DNA of 64,000 nt from Hydrolagus affinis (Eukaryota). The stretch lies in contig JAAILG010001046.1 of assembly GCA_012026655.1 (NCBI GenBank), positions 1 to 64,000 on the forward strand. The letters run 5' to 3'. The translations under genes were made by a program, and so were the position numbers. The notes under the pieces were generated by a model, which was not told the DNA's origin, searched no databases, and saw nothing but the letters and a program-made list of their open reading frames with translations. Below are positions 61,534 through 64,000 of this stretch, piece after piece (position 1 is the stretch's first letter; every line of letters starts with the position of its first letter).

Positions 61534-62479
61534 AAATTTAACATGGAGGGTGGGGGTGGGAGTTGAGGGTGCAATCCCGCTGATTGGTTTCCATGCATTG
61601 AGAAGTTGGAGGTTGTAACAAGCAAACAAACACACACGAAAAAAAAACCTTTACTGTTTACATTAACATTTGGCTAGCTTTAGCAGAACACCGGCAATTG
61701 TGTTGGGGCAACTCGCGCTATGCTAATGTTGGAAGTAAATGGGCGGGGAAAACAATTTACTGTGGTAGCTTTCGACTTACAATTGCATCTCAGTATAACT
61801 GCATCTCAAGAGAAATCCATTGCTGTGCATTGAAAAATGGATGATCTATAGTGAATTAAAAGGATGTTCGTGGTCCTGAGTTGATTTTGTTAGGGCTCGT
61901 ATGTCTTGCAGTCAGTACACTGTATTTGTAACCCTCAAATCAAATGAGGGAACGTATGGAACTTTGTAATTCGGTGCCACCCATTATTTTGTAATTATAT
62001 CGAGTGTTTTTAATGTGTCTCTTATTACAGGGAACATATTTTGGAAGTTACCGTTCTGTAATTTCCTGCAAAATAGCACATTTTGGCCCAAGTGCTCTCA
62101 GGCATCCATTGCCAGGCTGGAAAGAAGTCTTTTTTGCTTGTCATGCTGATCGTTAACTATCCAAAAAGGGACTGACTCACGTTGCCAGGCAGCTTGCTCT
62201 CCATTGCTGTGCTGTATTAATTTCTGACAGAAGAATAATAATAATAATCTTTGCATTCAATATATCTCGGCTGGTTTTAAAAGTACAGAGATGCTAAAAC
62301 TGAACATGTCAAAGGAGTTATGCCACTTTTAGTTTTTGCCACTTTTTAAATGAACCTCAGCAGGAGTTTAGTTGGAAGGAGTCCGTGGGAGGTGGCCCCT
62401 TCCTGGATGTAGAGGGTGCCAGCGAGTGAGGCTCTGGACTGTTGGAGAAATGCTTTGCATTTTTGGTTATTTGCGATTT

Positions 62480-62503
62480 TTATATATATATATATATATA
62501 TAT
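62480..62503. repeat. (TA)n microsatellite in the ZNFX1 3'UTR
   Basis: Read directly. Confidence 0.9.
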
Positions 62504-63741
62504 ACGGTAGATTTTGTTCAGGTCATCTATGGTAAAACAAATGCTTAAAGAGCAAGCAGCATGGTCATTAAGTGGGCATTACGTAAGACAGCACATTTAA
62601 CACTGAATAAATTGGGTCATTCCTCAAAACCAATTAAAGATGGTTGGGTGAGCCTCATTTTCTTGCTTCTCACAAATTACTGTACTATGGTGCTGCCTCT
62701 TTCCATCACTTGCAGCTGCTTCCTTGAGCTGGTGGAGGTTTCCCTCTGAAATTGATACAGTACACACCTCCCATTCTTGTTATGTCACCTCAGCACTACA
62801 ATCATTGTATGTGCATCTTTACTGACATGTCTCCTACCTCAGGGTTGGACCAGAGAAGCCAGGAATGGGGCAGGAAGCAAGCGGCTCTTCAGTTCTCTTT
62901 TGCATTGTGTGAGATTACAAATCCAAGAGAAAATTAAGAATTCTTTTTGAAAAAATCACATTTCAAAATTAAACACGGAAAATTTCAACTCCACGAGAAA
63001 GTCTGAAATCACTCCTGGGAGTTTGCCATAAATCAAATAACAAGGTGGTACCTCTGAAATGTTTTATTTCTGAATTCTGTGGAAAGATGAGCAGTTTGGC
63101 TGTCAGCCCAAACAGAGTTCACGAGAAGTTGAGACGGGCTATCCCCCTGGTGGACACCATCCAATGTTACAATGCAAATTTTTAACTTGTGGGTCACAAC
63201 ACTTGGCAAATGTTTGGAAGTAAAACGGTGAATTTGGCATTTTGTTTCCTTTTTAAAAAAAATCTCAATTAGAGCCTCAATTAGCACATCAGATACCTTA
63301 AGTCAAAGTCTAGCATTGAATCAAGGTGAGCAAAGTTGACAGGTGAGTACAGGTAGCTAGATTGTTATGATACAAGTCCATTTACTTAGCATATTGGAGC
63401 TGAAAATTTGTAGGAAAAGAATGATGTTCTTGTGGCAATGTTTTATCCTTTCAAAACCAGGGCAAATTCAAATCTCTCACACCTGTCATGATGAAGTTAT
63501 GTAAAATGATTTATATTCACATTTATGGATTTAATATCTGGTTTATTTTAAATTCATCCGATTTACGTTTTGTCAAGGATGATCGTGTTAGAGATCCTGA
63601 GTTTGTGTGTTTTTGTTATTTTAACCCATCGATTATTGAACTTGTACTCGCACCCTTCCTGTGTATTTGACTAGACGATGCTCTTAAAAGAAATCTGAAC
63701 TGAAGAAAAATTGTAACTGAAGCTGCAGTGTTTTTTTAAAA

Positions 63742-63761
63742 AATAAATCTCGCATAATAAA
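63742..63761 (+). terminator. Tandem poly(A) signals, probable ZNFX1 3' end
   Basis: AATAAA at 63742 and 63756, followed by T-rich sequence. Confidence 0.55.
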
Positions 63762-64000
63762 CTAACAAATTGCTAAATAACTTTTGCTCGTACATTTTTT
63801 GTAAGTGAGGGAGCATGTTCTCAATGTAGGTTCAGTACGCAATACGCACTTTAAATATTCCACCAAAATGTCTAACAATAGCATTTAGATGCACTATGGG
63901 ATAACATTCCGTTCAATGTTGCATGTGGCACTTTTAGCAAAATGTAACCAGAATGGGAAATCCTATTAGTGGCTGACATTGTGAAAGGTTGGTGCAAGTA

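Noticed and set aside
1-64000. CRISPR arrays, operons, intact transposase or reverse transcriptase genes, CSTF1, MC3R
   Set aside because: Eukaryotic spliced locus; recurring 50-60 nt motifs are dispersed retroposon tails; no such ORFs recognised

Overview
Vertebrate genomic DNA, probably a cartilaginous fish (holocephalan-like; this is an inference from the repeat content). It has two 100-N scaffold gaps (14199-14298, 38201-38300). Three spliced genes were reconstructed by hand with GT-AG sites and consistent phases. FAM210B (+): last two coding exons found, first exon not securely located. AURKA (-): 8 coding exons, 32363->25317, 422 aa. ZNFX1 (+): 13 coding exons, 47455->61533, about 1965 aa, an SF1/UPF1-like helicase with NF-X1 zinc fingers and a C-terminal RZ finger. 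AURKA has a classic G2/M promoter (two CCAAT boxes 32 bp apart plus CHR). About 4 kb away, facing the other way, is a GAS-like/ISRE/TATA/Inr promoter that probably drives ZNFX1; CSTF1 and ZFAS1/SNORD12, the human neighbours, were not found. Non-coding DNA is dense in tRNA-headed SINEs (two length classes), L2 and CR1 3' fragments, older SINE remnants and two copies of a TA-flanked MITE. I found no clearly new biological system. The best leads are the AURKA degron and ATP-pocket divergence, the interferon-type promoter and gene order, a dual-frame ZNFX1 start exon, and the SINE/LINE tail architecture. Repeat family names and human comparisons are from recall, not database searches.
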